This document shows, in pieces, positions 1 to 16,251 of a stretch of DNA of 64,000 bases (the first letter of the stretch is position 1; every line of letters starts with the position of its first letter). The stretch is from Lingula anatina. Lineage: Eukaryota > Animalia > Brachiopoda. The DNA lies in contig CM120641.1 in the NCBI GenBank assembly GCA_051362555.1, positions 124,001-188,000 on the forward strand. The letters are read 5' to 3'. The position numbers and the translations under genes are program-made. The notes beneath the pieces are model-generated. The model was not told the DNA's origin. It saw nothing but the letters and a program-made list of their open reading frames with translations, and searched no databases.

Positions 1-133
1 AAGTGATTTTTTTAATTAAGTTGATTATGTCAAAATGACAGTCTCGGTATGAAAAATTATGGTTGATATCAACTAGGACATTTACATTGAAGTTCTTTTC
101 TTCAAATAATGATTTATCAGTTTTTCTACCTAA
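1..133 (+). repeat. Near-identical copy of the STING 3' flank/UTR (6913-7046); suggests a tandem STING paralog just upstream of the window
   Basis: aagtgattttt..gtcaaaatgacagtctcggtatgaaaaattatggttga..gatttatcagtttttctacctaa matches 6913-7046 with few mismatches. Confidence 0.8.
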
Positions 134-689
134 AGCCACACTTTTTTATTTTTATGGATGACATCCTCTGGGTACCCCAAAATCGGTGCGAGAGGGCGAA
201 AAAAAAACAGTCCAATAAAAAAAACTGCATAAGTAAAATAATGCTGTCAGTACACAGCTGGAAACACAAATTTTACCACAGAAACACGAATTAAACTAAC
301 AATATATCTTTATCCATGCTCTCAAAATATTAAAGCATTGCGAATACTTCGTAGAAATGTATTTAAAGTCACAAATAGATATACTTCATATTACCAAATC
401 TATTCAAGGTTATTTCATGCATTTTGTTGGTAAAGCAATTAATAAAACAAATATCAAACAAACAGTGTGTCTTTATTTGTATTCTCAGAATATTAAAGCA
501 CTTTGAACACTTCACAGAAATGTTTAAAAAATGATGCAAAGATATGCTTAATACTACCAAATCTATTAAAGGTCATTTCGGACGATGCCATTTTGTCTAT
601 TTCGACTCACACGCAGCAGCCAAACTGTCAGGTGGCCTGTCCGACCTTCAGCCCACCACCCTTGTCGACCCTTTTTTCGCTACAGAAAA

Positions 690-1103
690 CTTCGCTTATG
701 GCGAGCGGGCGCAAGCATGGCGATTCCTCGCTATCCCATATCTCGAAAGGCTCGCAAATCGCGACCGTGCGCTAATAGCGAAATCACCATTAGTTTCTAG
801 GCTATTATTTGCGTATTATCATTATTTGGCCTCTGCGTATGCATAATTCGTCATTTTAATGTGTCTTTCATGTAATTAAACATAGCGGCAAGTTTGGGTT
901 GCCAGTCACACAAGTAATAGCATATAACAAAACATATAGATTGAATCACTCGGTGCCTCTGATAGAAAAACTTGCGGTAAATATTCACGTGAAGAATGCT
1001 AAAGTTATATTTTATTATGCATAAAAATTTCAAAATTTAAAGTTTCATGCATCATTATGTACAGACACAGATGTGTCTGTACATATAGCCATCATCTGCG
1101 TCT

Positions 1104-1144
<41 letters not shown>

Positions 1145-2459
1145 GCACTTTTACCGATAACACGATAAGTGGAAAACTATTTTACCTTTTGACTTGAAAC
1201 TTGCAGAACTGATGAATATTCATAATACGCAGGTCAAGTTCGAAAATCAGCATGATCGGGTCACTTTTAGGGAATTTATGCAGTTTTTTCACTTTTTTCA
1301 GCATATATGCAGCACCGATAACACGATAAGTGGAAAACCATTTTACCTTTTGACTTGAAACTTACAGAACTGATGAATATTCATAATACACAGGTCAAGT
1401 TCGAAAATCAGCATGATCGGGTCACTTTTAGGTAATTTATGCTGTTTTTTATCTTTTTTCAGCATATATGCAGCACCGATAACACGATAAGTGGAAAACC
1501 ATTTTACCTTTTGACTTGAAACTTACAGAACTGATGAATATTCATAATACGCAGGTCAAGTTCGAAAATCAGCATGATTGGGCTGTTTTGAGGGAATTTA
1601 TGCTGTTTTTTCACTATTTTCAATATAAATGCAACACTGATAACACAATATAAGAAAAACGGATTGGCCAATTGTAATTATACTCACAGGAGTGGTCAAT
1701 CTTACTAAAACGCAGGTTGAGTTCGAAAATCAGCATAATCGGGCCATTATTTTAGAAGTTATACTGTTTTTTTCACATTTCCTCAGATTCAATTCTTAAG
1801 CATGTTAACAGTCTCATTATTTAACTAATAAGATGCCTAAAAGTGTTTGTTTGATATTTCCTGCATCTTTACAACATTGTTAGTTGATTATGTAAAAAAC
1901 ATGGTAAACTTGTTATCATGTATTGTGTAATAAAGTGTCAAAAATGGAAATAAACTCATATCATTGCAGTTTGTCAGATTCAATCATCCACTATGTTCAG
2001 AATCTCAGAATGGAGGAAATTGGACATTTAACACTGTTCTATTGATACTTTTCCCATCTCATCAATTTTTTTAGTTGGTCATATAAAAATGGCAGTAAAA
2101 TGTTTATTTTGTTTTATGTTAAAAAAAGTGTTAAAAATGGAAATAAACTCATTTCAGAACAGTGCTGTCTTGTTTACATTTTGGCATTTTCAAGGCGTGA
2201 CTTTGAAGTTCCATGGGCCTGAAGACCTTTGCTAGTCACATTTTCTGAATATCTGTGATACAAATATTTTATAATTAAAAATTGATGGTCATTAAGCTGT
2301 TAAACATTATGTAATATTGCATCAAAATTTGAAGAAACCCCTATTTTGGGCACTGCTTCCATGACCATTTAAGGAAAATCATGTCACTTACTGTTCTCAA
2401 ACTTACAGGAAAGAAACATGGGACTAAAATACAGCTTCAGTAGGCAATGCAGTCTGTTT

Positions 2460-2508
<49 letters not shown>

Positions 2509-3423
2509 GCAGTTAAACAGTTTTTTGTGAAAATTTAATTTTTCACATATTGGCATTTTCAAGGTGTGACTTTAAAGTTCCATGATCTTGAAGACTTTTG
2601 CTTGTCACATTTTCTGAATGTCCATGTTACTAATATTTTATTAATAACATTTGATTGTCATTATGCTGTTAAACATTATTTAATGTTGTATCAAAATCTG
2701 AAGAAACCCCTATTTTGGGCACTGCTTCTATGATGACCATTTAAGGGAAATCATGTCACTTACTGTTCTCAAACTTATAGGAAAGAAACATGGCACTAAA
2801 ATACAGCTTCAATAGGCAACGCAGTCTGTTTGGTAAATTTTTCTGGCAATTTAACAGTTTTTTGTGAAAATTTAATTTTTCACTTATTTGCATCTTTATT
2901 TTCTGTTCTTTGTCTGTACATTTGACAGCTTTGCTGCCTTGTTTTATATTTTCTGATGAATATAATTCATCTGTGTTGCCTGTTGATAATAATCATACAC
3001 AAAATGAAAAAGCAGAAACAAAGCATTCGGTCGCACCGTGACCTTCCTCAATGTCTATTATTGTGAGACTGAACACTTCCCACCAATGTGTCAGTAATTG
3101 TGTCAGTCCAAGCTTCGCTTGTTTTTTGACATTTTATTGGTATCAAACACTTCAAATATCAGTATTTGTAATTATGATATTCCTATAAATAAATACAACT
3201 TCTTGATTAGCGTCATGGTGAAAAAAATACATTTTGTGTAATTGTATAATGACGTCTTCGCTTTATGCGGCAATCGAATTTTAGTAGAGTTTGAGGTTAT
3301 AATTGCGTTGCGTTTGCTAAGGCTTCAAGATAACAGGTGGGTGCAATCGCACTCGCAAATAGCGAAGTAGCCATCCTCGTGCCCGCTCGCAACATAGCGA
3401 AGCTTACGAGATACGGGGCCCTG
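690..3423. mobile_element. Degenerate inverted-repeat (MITE-like, possibly PIF/Harbinger) element interrupted by a younger insertion
   Basis: cttcgcttatggcgagcgggcgcaagcatggcg (~690-735) is an imperfect reverse complement of ..gccatcctcgtgcccgctcgcaacatagcgaag..ggggccctg (~3360-3423). Confidence 0.4.
1042..3045. mobile_element. Non-autonomous Helentron/HINE (DINE-1)-like element with internal tandem repeats
   Basis: Subterminal hairpin tgtacagacac-a-gatgtgtctgtaca (~1057-1083); (GTC/GCC)n microsatellite 1105-1145; ~161-bp tandem units at ~1153, 1314, 1475, 1636; ~370-bp direct duplication (~2180-2550 vs ~2550-2885). Boundaries approximate. Confidence 0.5.
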
Positions 3424-4180
3424 ATAACCTATATTTCAGCAGGTGCTGACACTCCTGTCCTCCGCCCTGATATCTTATCACTCCCTGTCCTGAGCCTCGT
3501 CACTTATGATATATTACCACGCTCTGTCCTGAGCCTCGTCACTGGCCAGCAATATTGATAAAGTGTAATCTAGGCGACATGATCAAGTGAAAAGTAGGCA
3601 TGCGTGTCCATTAGTCTAAAGCCAGTATAATACTATCTTACAAGATTTACCATTATTATACGGATATATTCACCTTGTTTAAATAGCTAATAGAAAAGTT
3701 TTTTTAATTAAGTTTTTCTATAACTTCTTAAACATCCATTTATAACTGCTTCATTTACTCTTCATATGTAAACATATATCGAACAGGATTTTTTTTTTTT
3801 TTCAAATAAAAAGTGAGATTCCATTACAGCAAAAACCATTTGAATAATAAAACTTTTTAAAAAATATTTCTACAACGTCCATTTATACTTGCTTTACCCA
3901 TATATCAAAGAGAATAAAAATACCTCAAATGAAAATCCTGAAATTTCTGTACCAAAATAACGTTTGCTCTCTAAATATATTTTTTAACAGAACAAAGTTT
4001 CCCAAACGGATTTATCACTTTCAATTACTTAAATTACGGCCTTTTCGTAAAATAGAATTAATCTTATCGAAATCACGATACTTAGCACAATAACAAATTT
4101 CCCAAGAGGAATTTTAAGTAAAAAGTTACTGAATCTCTTTTGAAATTGTGGTTTACGGGAATATTTTTAAAAAATGTCGC

Positions 4181-4371
4181 TGTGGAAATTTCACTTGCAC
4201 ACCCCTTCCGTAAAAAGTTTGCACCAAAATGCCTTCAATAATACCACGGCCATGTCTATGCCTGTCTTTTTATGTAATCAGCGTCATGCAGAGGGGAATT
4301 CCCTTCTGCTAAAACTAGGCCATGATTCAAATCTGGAAAACTGTAATTTGGCGATTGGTAACCGTATAAAA
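4181..4371 (+). promoter_or_regulatory. Putative STING promoter: NF-kB site, CCAAT box and TATA box
   Basis: GGGGAATTCCC at 4293-4303 (canonical kB palindrome), gtggaaatttcac 4181-4193, ATTGG ~4354, TATAAAA ~4365; followed by a probable non-coding exon ending AAG|gtaag at 4468. Confidence 0.6.
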
Positions 4372-4899
4372 TGGACAAAGCAAGCCATATTTCCACATTG
4401 TGAACAGGAGTACAGATATATCCGGACGAAGAGAACAACAAATAATACAGGCAGCTCCATTTAATAAGGTAAGAACTTGTATTCAGGTACAGTGCCTTCC
4501 AAAAAATGACAGTTGTAATAGGGGCTTGATACTTTTACATTCCTTTTGATCTGGATAATGAGATTGTCCCTACACTGTATACATCTAAGGAGCAACATAA
4601 CATGTAATATATAGCCTAAGGTGAGGGTATTGTTCGAACAAATCTTTTAACTTGATAGTTTATCCTGTTTTGTTAAAGTCACCCCTTTTCAATTCCGATT
4701 TTTTATAAGCCGTCAATCATATTTTATTATTATTATTCTTATCATCATTATTATTATTATTATTTCTCGTGAAATGTGTCAGCGCTAAGCTGCCTTTTTT
4801 TCAATGTTTAAATTAATTTATTTCGATGGTTTATTTGTTTTTGTCCTCATATTTGAATGATTTAGAATAACTCACGATGTCTATTAATTTCAGTTCACG

Positions 4900-6742
<1,843 letters not shown>

Positions 6743-7409
6743 GCAGACTAAAACATCGATATCTGAGGTGCTGATATTTGAGAAATCTGTGCTCAAGATT
6801 TGACACCTTTACAACATATATCATTTACATCAAGTTTTATTGATATATGTTGAAATATATTGACACTTGTGTTACTATAGTAAGTAGGCCAGTAAGGGAA
6901 TGGAAATTAATTAAAGTGATTTTTTAAATTAAGTTAATTATGTCAAAATGACAGTCTCGGTATGAAAAATTATGGTTGAGATCAACTAGGACATTTACAT
7001 TGAAGTTCTTTTCTTCAAATAATGATTTATCAGTTTTTCTACCTAAGTGCTCGAAAAATAAAAACAGAAATCATTAAAGACACGATAGTCCATAGTCCAC
7101 TAAATAAGACAGTTTTAGTTGCAAAGAACATACGCAAGGCCAGTATTTTTATATTTTCATTTTCTGTATTTCACTACATTGCTGTAAGCGTTTTCCAGTG
7201 TTGACTTTCGATCTGTGTCGATGTAGATGATAACAATGTTCTTATCACGCTATATGAAACTTGGAATATCTTATATATCTGCATGATCATTTTCGATGTA
7301 AAAGCAAATAATGATTCACTTGGATCAATTAGTTTGTTCTTTTCGGTTTTATATTTGTCTTTAATTATAAAACCAAAAGTTTATTCTGTAATATTTATAT
7401 ATATATATA

Positions 7410-7788
7410 GTAATCTGAAAGCAACCGCTAATTACGGATAATATATATATATATTTATATATATTTATATATATATATATGAAATTTTCAGTGGGCTAAG
7501 GAACAGGTGATTAGTTTTTGGTGGTGATCAGGATCAATAATCAATCAATAATCAAAAACAAAAAAACTAAGTTATGGACCGATTTTGATGAAATTTTCTG
7601 GAACTGTCACAAGTGGGCCAAGGAACAGATGATTAGTTTTTGGTGGTGATCCGGATCAGTAATCAATCAATAATCAAAAATCAAAAAACTAAATCATTAT
7701 AGAATGAGAATTTAGGGGTGAAACGGCATTGGATGGAGACTTTGCTGCCTTGGCGGAGGTCTGAGCTCTTGGAGTGCTTTTCTAGTTT
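7410..7788. mobile_element. Short non-autonomous HINE/Helentron-like element fragment
   Basis: (TA)n tract, two ~120-bp tandem units (gaaatttt..ggaacag.tgattagtttttggtggtgatc.ggatca), end ccttggcggaggtctgagctcttggagtgcttttctagtt; marks the left limit of the segmental duplication. Confidence 0.5.
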
Positions 7789-9201
7789 TTAAATGTACTT
7801 GGCTGTTTACTTCCCAATTTGCATTGGCGCTCTGAGACACCTATTGGTGAAAAAGGTTGCCCCACCTCCAATCCTTTTTTTTTTTTTCTTTTTTATCATG
7901 ATCATATGATCACCTCGCATCAGTGCTTCTTATTTCAGACACCATACAGTGTTTCTTATTTCAGATATCATATTTATCATGACTCACGGTACAGAACATA
8001 AAAAATACCCGTGAAGATACCCCTAATTTATACCATTTTCCGAATTTAGACCATGCATCCCCTCAAATCTCGGAAATCTGATGTTCTACAGTGAATCTCA
8101 CAGTCCATAGAATTAAAACAGTAGCACCAAATGACACCAAATTTACACAGAATTAGCACGAGCATGTGTTCGTTCAAGGCGTGTGTCTACCGAACTACCT
8201 TGGGCAAGAATTCTGTTTTGTGGAAAATTACATCATTCATCCAGAAAAGCTTTTTAGAATTGGTCCAGATTGTTAGGGGGCTGAAGTTCCACTGCATTGC
8301 AATTCGGATATCAGCTGCTCAGTAAAGTTAGTATCAGAGCTCGAAGAAGGTTGATCCATCCTCCCCTCCTCAGAACATTGTGTTTCTGCAACAATTCACT
8401 CGCCAGACGAGAAATGTGAGCAAATGTGTTCTCGAGTTGAAGCCTGTAGTTACCCAGAGTCACCTCTTGTAAATGGAGTGAGATTTATGTTTTAAATTTT
8501 ACATTTATTATTTTTCCGGCATCTTTTGCGTGATCTAAAATCTCCAATTCTGATTTTGACGATCACGCACGCACATACTTTCCTTATTGTGCAGCCTCTT
8601 TAATCAATATCAAACTAAATATTCGGTAAATATATTTTCCAAGGCGTCAAATTTGAAAAGTTAACGAGGTCCGTTATCAATCATAACCTCACATGGCGTG
8701 GGCATTTTCCATTTTGCCTAATTAGACTCTTGACAAAACTTTTATTTACTTTTGTTCATTCTGCTAATTAGATATCAAAAATCGTAAATCTTTTTTTTTT
8801 TTACATTACTGTTCTTATTAATAGCAAATTAGGAGGGTGCACATTAGTAATGAGATAAAATCTAGAAGCTTATATTAATTAGTCCTATGACCCGTACTTA
8901 CTAGTACGCTCATACTTACGTATAATAATTGAGGATGTTTTTTCTTTAAAATTTGAAGTGGAAATGGCAATGGCAATGGAAAAAGGATGTTGTTCTTCAA
9001 ATTTTGAAGTGTGTCAATGGCAACAGGATGTTTTTCTTCAAATTGTGAACTATGTCAATGGAACTTTGAAGTCATGGAAATGTTCCAGATGGGATACGAA
9101 GAGGGACTCTCAGCTAAATCTACTTCCTTCTTGTGTTCCTTAAAAGTAAGACGCCGAGAGTCCGAAGTAGCTATCAAAGTTAAACGATAGGACTACGAAA
9201 A

Positions 9202-10792
9202 ATGTGGAATACCATTCAGGTACGTAAGTCTTATACAAACAGCCTATGTCGTTTTTACTTATTTTCATATGAATTACCTTGAAATTTTCAAAAGATGCTC
9301 AGAGAATCGCATCTATAATGATCACTGAGTTAGAACACTGAAAAAAAAGCATGTGTTCGGAACATAAATACCCATTCTCTTATTTTTTTATTTTCATTTA
9401 TTTATTTATTTTTCGAGTCCATACACGATTTCTTAGAAATGGAAAAAACCAACTGTATTTGATTCTTGGAGTTTTATATTATGCTTTAATGAAATCCTTT
9501 TTGTAGGTCGTTGGTTTCATACTCTGCGTGAACAGTCTTATACAGCAGATACCAACTGTACGATCGGAGGAAGTAACCTTCCAAGGTATGGTAAATAAAA
9601 TAGTGCCGGTGTAACGAGAATGGTAGTCCGCTAGTAACCGTAGTCCACTTCCCATTACTTTGTACATGTGACACTCGTCCCATATACTAACCCAAATATT
9701 ACAACTAAACCTAACCTGTACTAATCATACGGGAGCCCGGACTTCCATTCCTAGGACTTCCATATCCTGTTACACATATCCTATTATATGTATTGGTCAG
9801 TTTGTATGTCCTTGCCAACCAAGAAGTGCATGTAAACAGAGTGTCGCATTTTTGTCGATCAGTATAAAATGCAAACATAAATAATAATAATAAAGATAAT
9901 AATAACGATGGTATTTACTCTAAGTTTAAAATGTTAAATGGATTATACGCGTTATTTAAAATACAAAAATAAGAGGAAGGTTTAAATACATGAAAGAAGT
10001 TTTTCGTGGTCTCCAGTTACGATGATAAAATACAAATATCCTTACTAAAGAGACTGAACAATGTCCCGTTTCCTGAGCATTGAATTCCTGCGCGAAATCA
10101 CCATTCACGTGACCAAAGCCCACAGGTGGTGGACAGAAACGTCTTGTTTGACTGATGTTATTTAATTCTTAGAGTTTTCATCAAGATTAATCATGATCTC
10201 TGAATGTTTGAAATAATTTCTCAGCAAAATTTTCGAACCGATCCTTACATGGTATGTTCCTGTCGTCACGTCGATGTAATACAAGTAGACTGAATATTTT
10301 ACCGAATATCTTTTACAACTGGTCATGCTAACCACGTTGAATTAATAGTATAACATGACAGCTTTAGAAAAAATGTTCCGTTAATTTTTTAAATTAATCT
10401 TGGTAATAATAAAGTATTTTTCCAAAGATTCATATATCGCCAATGTTAAAACATACAAGTTACCGCTCTTTAAAACTTGACACAATACTGCAAACTATTA
10501 GATGGTTATAATTAATCTTTGAAAAATTGGATCAAATATGAACTGCGAAATATGTGTAATAAATATTTCTGCAGTGATCATATGAACAAATCACAGAATT
10601 ACGAAGTTTGATTTCCTTCGATACATACATTACTGCTATATTTTAATGATTATTATATGTGTATTACAACTTCTTGTGCGCCAACATCTAATTCTTACTG
10701 AAAATAGATTGCAAATGAAGAGAAACGTAACGGAAAAAGTAGTTATCTTCAAACGTTCAGTAAAAAGTTGTTCTATCGCGCATAGAACACTT

Positions 10793-10848
<56 letters not shown>

Positions 10849-11476
10849 TTAATAATAACGTTACCAATAGCTACAATGTCACATAAGAAGGATCTCTGAA
10901 AAGTTATTTACCTTCCCTCCAAAATCAGCCTGCCACATTTGTTTCACTGTTTGCCCATTACCAAACATAGTTTAATCCATGCATCGTGTATTAATTTATT
11001 TTTGCTATCATTATTTCTAATTGGTAATATTACACACGCACTAATCAATTACAAGGCGATTATTTTATTTATTTATTTATTATTATTATTATTTTTTTTT
11101 TTTAGAATGCCCAGCCGGATTCTGGTTTGGAACTCAAAACTTGGATTGTGTCAAAGGAAATAAGGGCAAACGCTCCGTATCTCGATTTGACTTACTCTAT
11201 GCGCATCGCCTGATTTACTATCGTGGACGAATCTTCGAGTGGGGAGTTGATAAGAACGGCGGGAAAGGGTATTCTATTGGCACATCCCCTTTCGCTCCAC
11301 ACTGTGAAGTCAGCTGGGAGACGTGGCCAGCAGCGACGAGTACCTGTGGTATTGAAGCCGCCAAAGCGTTTACACGATCCTACAAATCGAGATTTGGAAA
11401 CTACGACCCGTTTTCCAACAACTGCCACATGTTTGCCAACCGTCTAGCGGAAATGTTGCAAAACGGCGATTGTTAA
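9202..11476 (+). CDS. Small secreted PPPDE/DeSI-like (permuted papain, NlpC/P60 superfamily) protein, copy A, ~156 aa; exons 9202-9219, 9507-9585, 11106-11476
   Basis: MWNTIQ|VVGFILCVNSLIQQIPTVRSEEVTFQ|ECPAGFWFG..YAHRLIYYRGRIFEWG..NYDPFSNNCHMFANRL; hydrophobic N-terminus, His then NC motif in PPPDE order; phase-compatible GT-AG introns. Confidence 0.75.
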
Positions 11477-13611
11477 CCTCGTTTCGGGGCTGCGGAAACA
11501 GATGATGAAGATTGAATGGTGAAGTTGGCAAAATATGGCAAATATTGTACTATATTAAAGTTGTAACAGGAGAGACATTCACAATCATTTTAAATAACAA
11601 ACTCAACTTAATAAGTGCCTGATGTCGTATGTTTTGAAAATACAAAAAGCCTATGAATCACTAACGTACCCATTTGAGAGTAAGTAATGTAGTATTTCTT
11701 TTTTGTGTTCATACTGCGAGAAAAAATAATTTGAACTTGAAAACACGCATTTGCGAGATCTGAACTAGTATAATTTAGACGACAAGTTTTCAGCGTGCAA
11801 CCAGTTTTATGAATGACCGCCTTGTTTTATACTACCCCATTACAATTATTCAGATCCATTTATATTCTAAAGAGGTTTATGAATAAAACTTTGCTGAACA
11901 ACTAAAATTGGCTGCTTTTCATTTTCGTTAATCATTTTTATTCTAAAGAGGTTTATAAATAAAAAAACTTTGCCGAACAAACTCAAAATTTGCTGCTTTT
12001 GATTTTTGTTGATCACCATTTCGGCATACTTAAGCACGTTGGCATGACACATGAATGCTGGAGATAAAATCTTCCTTTGTTGAGTACAATCATTTTTATC
12101 GAGCAATCATAAAATACTTGTATCTTTCAAAAGGCAGAGAGATAATTCGCAAAGCACAAGTTTTAAATGCACCAGTGAAACTGTTTTAGTTATTTTTCAT
12201 CCATGCCACTGGGTTTATATATCATAATGAAGTCATTGGACAGTTAAAAGTTTGTTTTTCGGTTATAAACCCCCAATTTTTCATTTTTTGAATGTGGCCA
12301 GAATGTTAATATCAAACATAACCAAATTTGTAAAAAGGTAACTGCACACATTAAAGAACGGTTTCATATTTTGGCAAAATATTCCACCCAAAATTCAACC
12401 GTTCAAAGGCCGCTCTTCTATAGATACATTTACTTGATACCTTTTGCAAATATTTATAAAGAAACTGATACCGTGTCTCCTACTACTGCATGCGACACAA
12501 TAATAAAATTTATAACAAAGATTGAAAGATCGATAAGAATCTATCAAAAGTAAGATTTTGGAAAAACTACAGTGCAAAGCGTACCGAGAAAATTTTATTT
12601 TATGTTTACCTAGACATCTCACCATTGGTATTTTAGACAAAAAAAAACAACTGTTTCACTTATTTCTCCCTTAATCCATTTTTGTTGCGATTTTAAAAAG
12701 TCAACAGTCAAACGATACATACACAAATTGCGCAAGCACACACAAGAATAGTGGCGCTACTGTATCCATCCCCAGATATATGTACTTAAAACTTTTGGAG
12801 TCTTCTCGTGTCGAAAAGAAAATTATTTAAAATATCAATTGCCATATAAAATTTTTAAAATACAAAGTTAAAAACAATCATTGGTATTGACTGAATTGAT
12901 TAATACATCCTATTAAATTTACATCCTATTAAATTACATCCTATTACATCCTATTAAATTTCTGAGCACTGAATTCCGGCGCGAAATCACCATTCACGTG
13001 ACCAAAGCCCATAGGTGGTGGACAGAAACGTCGTGTTTGACTGATGTTATTGAGTTCTTAGAATTTTTATCAAGATTAAAATTGTCATTGTGAAAAGTAG
13101 TTAAAAACGAGCCTTTTGGTTAGCAAGGAAGTGCACTATATACACTAGCTTTCACTTATTCTGCTTATTTGGGATGTTGCACAGACGGTAGAATTACGAA
13201 GTTTGATTTCCTTCGATACATACGTTACTGATATATTTTAATGATTATGATATGTTTATTACAACTTCTTGTGCGCCCACATCTAATTCTTACCGAAAAT
13301 AGATTGCAAATGAAGAGAAACGTAACAGAAAAAAGTAGTTATCTACAAACGTTCAGTAAAAAGTTGTTCTATCGTGCATACAATACGTTACCAATAATAA
13401 CGTTACCAGTAGCTACGATGTCACAGAAGAAGGATCTCTGAAAAGTTACTTGCCTTCCCCCAAAATCAGCCTGCCACATTTTTGATCGCTGATTGCCCAT
13501 TACCAAACATAGTTTCATGCATGCATCGTGTGTTAATTTATTTTTGCTATCATTATTTCTAATTGGTAATATTACACACATACTAATCAATTACACGGCG
13601 ATTATTTTTAG

Positions 13612-13985
13612 AACACCCAGACGGATTCTGGTTTGGAACTCAAAACATGGATTGTCTCAAAGGAAAGAAGGGCAAACGCTCCGTATCTCGAAATACCTTA
13701 CTCTATGCGCATCGCCTGATTTACTATCGTGGACTAATCTTCGAGTGGGGAGTTCGTTGGGGAAACGGCGAGTTAGGGTATTCTATTTGCGCGTCCCCTT
13801 TCGGTCCACACTGTGAAGTCAGCTGGGAGGCTCGGCCAGCAGCGACGAGTACCTGTGGTATTGAAGCCGCCAAACAGTTTGCACGATCCTACAAATCGAG
13901 ATTTGGAAACTACAACCTGATTTTCAACAACTGCCACACGTTTGCCAACCGTCTAGCGGGCATGTTGCAAAACGGCGATTGTTAA
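13612..13985 (+). CDS. PPPDE-like family copy B: isolated intact terminal exon without its own exons 1-2
   Basis: Identical to 20209-20582; upstream homology breaks at 12961 inside intron 2; acceptor ttttag retained. Confidence 0.65.
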
Positions 13986-16251
13986 CCTCGCTTCAGGGCT
14001 ACAGCTGATGAAGATTGAATGGTGAAGTTGGCAAAATATGGCAAATATTGTATTATATTTAAGTTGTAACAGGAGAAACATTCACAATCATTTTAACAAA
14101 CCCAAATTAATAAGTGCCTGATGTCGAGGAATAACAAAGCTGTATGTTTTTAAAATACACGAAGCCTATGAATCACTAACGTACCCATTTGAGAATAAGT
14201 AATGTAGTATTTCTTTTTTGTGTTCATACTGCGAGAAAAAATAATTTGAACTTGAAAACGCGCATTTGCGAGATATGACCTAGTATAATTAAGACGACAA
14301 GTTTTCAGCGTGCAACCAGTTTTATGAATGACCGCCTTGTTTTATACTACCCCATTACAATTATTCAGATTCATTTATATTCTAAAGAGGTTTATGAATA
14401 AAACTTTGCTGAACAACTAAAATTACCTGCTTTTGATTTTCGTTAATCATTTATATTCTAAAGAGGTTTATAAATAAAAACTTTGCCAAACAAACTCAAA
14501 ATTTGCTCCTTTTGATTTTTGTTGATCACCATTTCGGCATACTTAAGCACTTTGGCATGACACATGAATGCTGGGGATAAAATCCTCCTTTGTCGACCAC
14601 AATCATTTTTTATCGAGCAATCATAAGATACTAGTATCTTTCAAAAGGTAGGGAGATAATTCGCAAGTCACAAGTTTTCAAAGCACCAGTGTAACTGTTT
14701 TAGTTATTTGTCATCTATTCTACTGGGTTTACATCTCATAATGAAGACATTGGACAGTTAAAGCTCTAAGTCTTTTTAGACTTGTGAAGATTCTTTTGTC
14801 TATAGCTACTTATATATGCCTGATCTTACCATCCAATATTTCATCTGCTTGCAGTCAGACTTCATCAGGGAATGAGGTTGTAACAGGTGTGACAACCTAT
14901 CACCCCCTCTGGTGTGCTAATGAAACTGTTCTACACTATAGGTCTTTTTGTTTTTCGCTTAATCAACCCCAAATTTTTCATTTTTTGAATGTGGCCAGAA
15001 TGTAAACATCAAGCATAACCAAATTTCTTAAAAAGGTAACTACACACATTAAAGAACGGTTTCATATTTTGGCAAAACATTCCACCCAAAATTCAACAGT
15101 TCAAAGGCCGCTCTTCTATAGATACATATCTTAGATAAGTTTTGCAAATATTTACAAAGAAACTGATACCGTGTCTCCTACTACTGCATGCGACACAAAA
15201 ATAAAAATTATAACAAAGGTTGAAAGATCGACAAGAATCTATCAAAAGTAAGATTTTGGAAAAAGTACAGTGCAAAGCGTACCGAGAAAAGTATTACTTT
15301 ATATTTACCTAGACATCTCACTATTGGTATTTTGGACGGAAAACAAGTGTTTCATTTATTTCTCCCTTAATCCATTTTTGTGACGACAATTTGAAAAAAG
15401 TCAGCAGTCCAACGATACACACACAAATGCACAAGCGCACACAAAAATAGTGGCGATGCTGTATCCAGATATGTATGTTCTTAAAACTTATGGAGTCTTC
15501 TCGTGTCGAAAAGAAAATTATTTAAAATATCAATTGCCATATAAAATTTTTAAAATACAAAGTTAAAAACAATCATTGGTATTGACTGAATTGATTAATA
15601 CATCCTATTAAATTTACATCTAAAGCTAGTTTATTTGAATGAATTGGGGATATATTGGGTCTGAGGTAGCCAGAAAGTTTTTTGTCACCGATAGTTATTC
15701 CCCTTTATCATGTCCTTCTTACAGTTCTTCAGTTCTACTCCTGGCTCCTCACCCTTCTCCAGTAGTGTGGAAATAGTACACTTTTCCCGGGCCAGATTAG
15801 AATAGCAATGTGAAATGAAAAGCGAAGATTTATGTAGATAAAACTGCGGCTAACCTTGAACGTAGTACCAAATAGAACGATAAAAGCTTCAATTAAGCCG
15901 TGGGTGCTACGTGTCGTCAGTGCAGATTTATTCTGTGGAAACCAGTGGTATTAGAAATATAAGAAATTGTTTAAAATAGTTCTATTTTTATAGAAAATAA
16001 ACTTTTTTATTTACCTTAATTTATAGAACATTTTAATCACAGTGAGTTTTTTTATGTGTTAATTTTGTTGTATTGAATATAAAAAAGGACGCTTTAGAAA
16101 CAGAAGAATACACAATAGAATTGTACAATGCCTCCCCGTGCATCTTTCTTTTCATGGCTGTTATTAAGTAACAGTCACTGAAAACATTGCTATTACTCTA
16201 CCTCACAAAAGTCTTCATATACAACTGAATGTACAAAAGGAACTGAATATT

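Noticed and set aside
3337-3558. Hydrophobic ORF as a candidate STING transmembrane exon
   Set aside because: Overlaps a transposon end and a short local duplication, has no STING TM similarity or convincing donor, and lies upstream of the putative TATA promoter.
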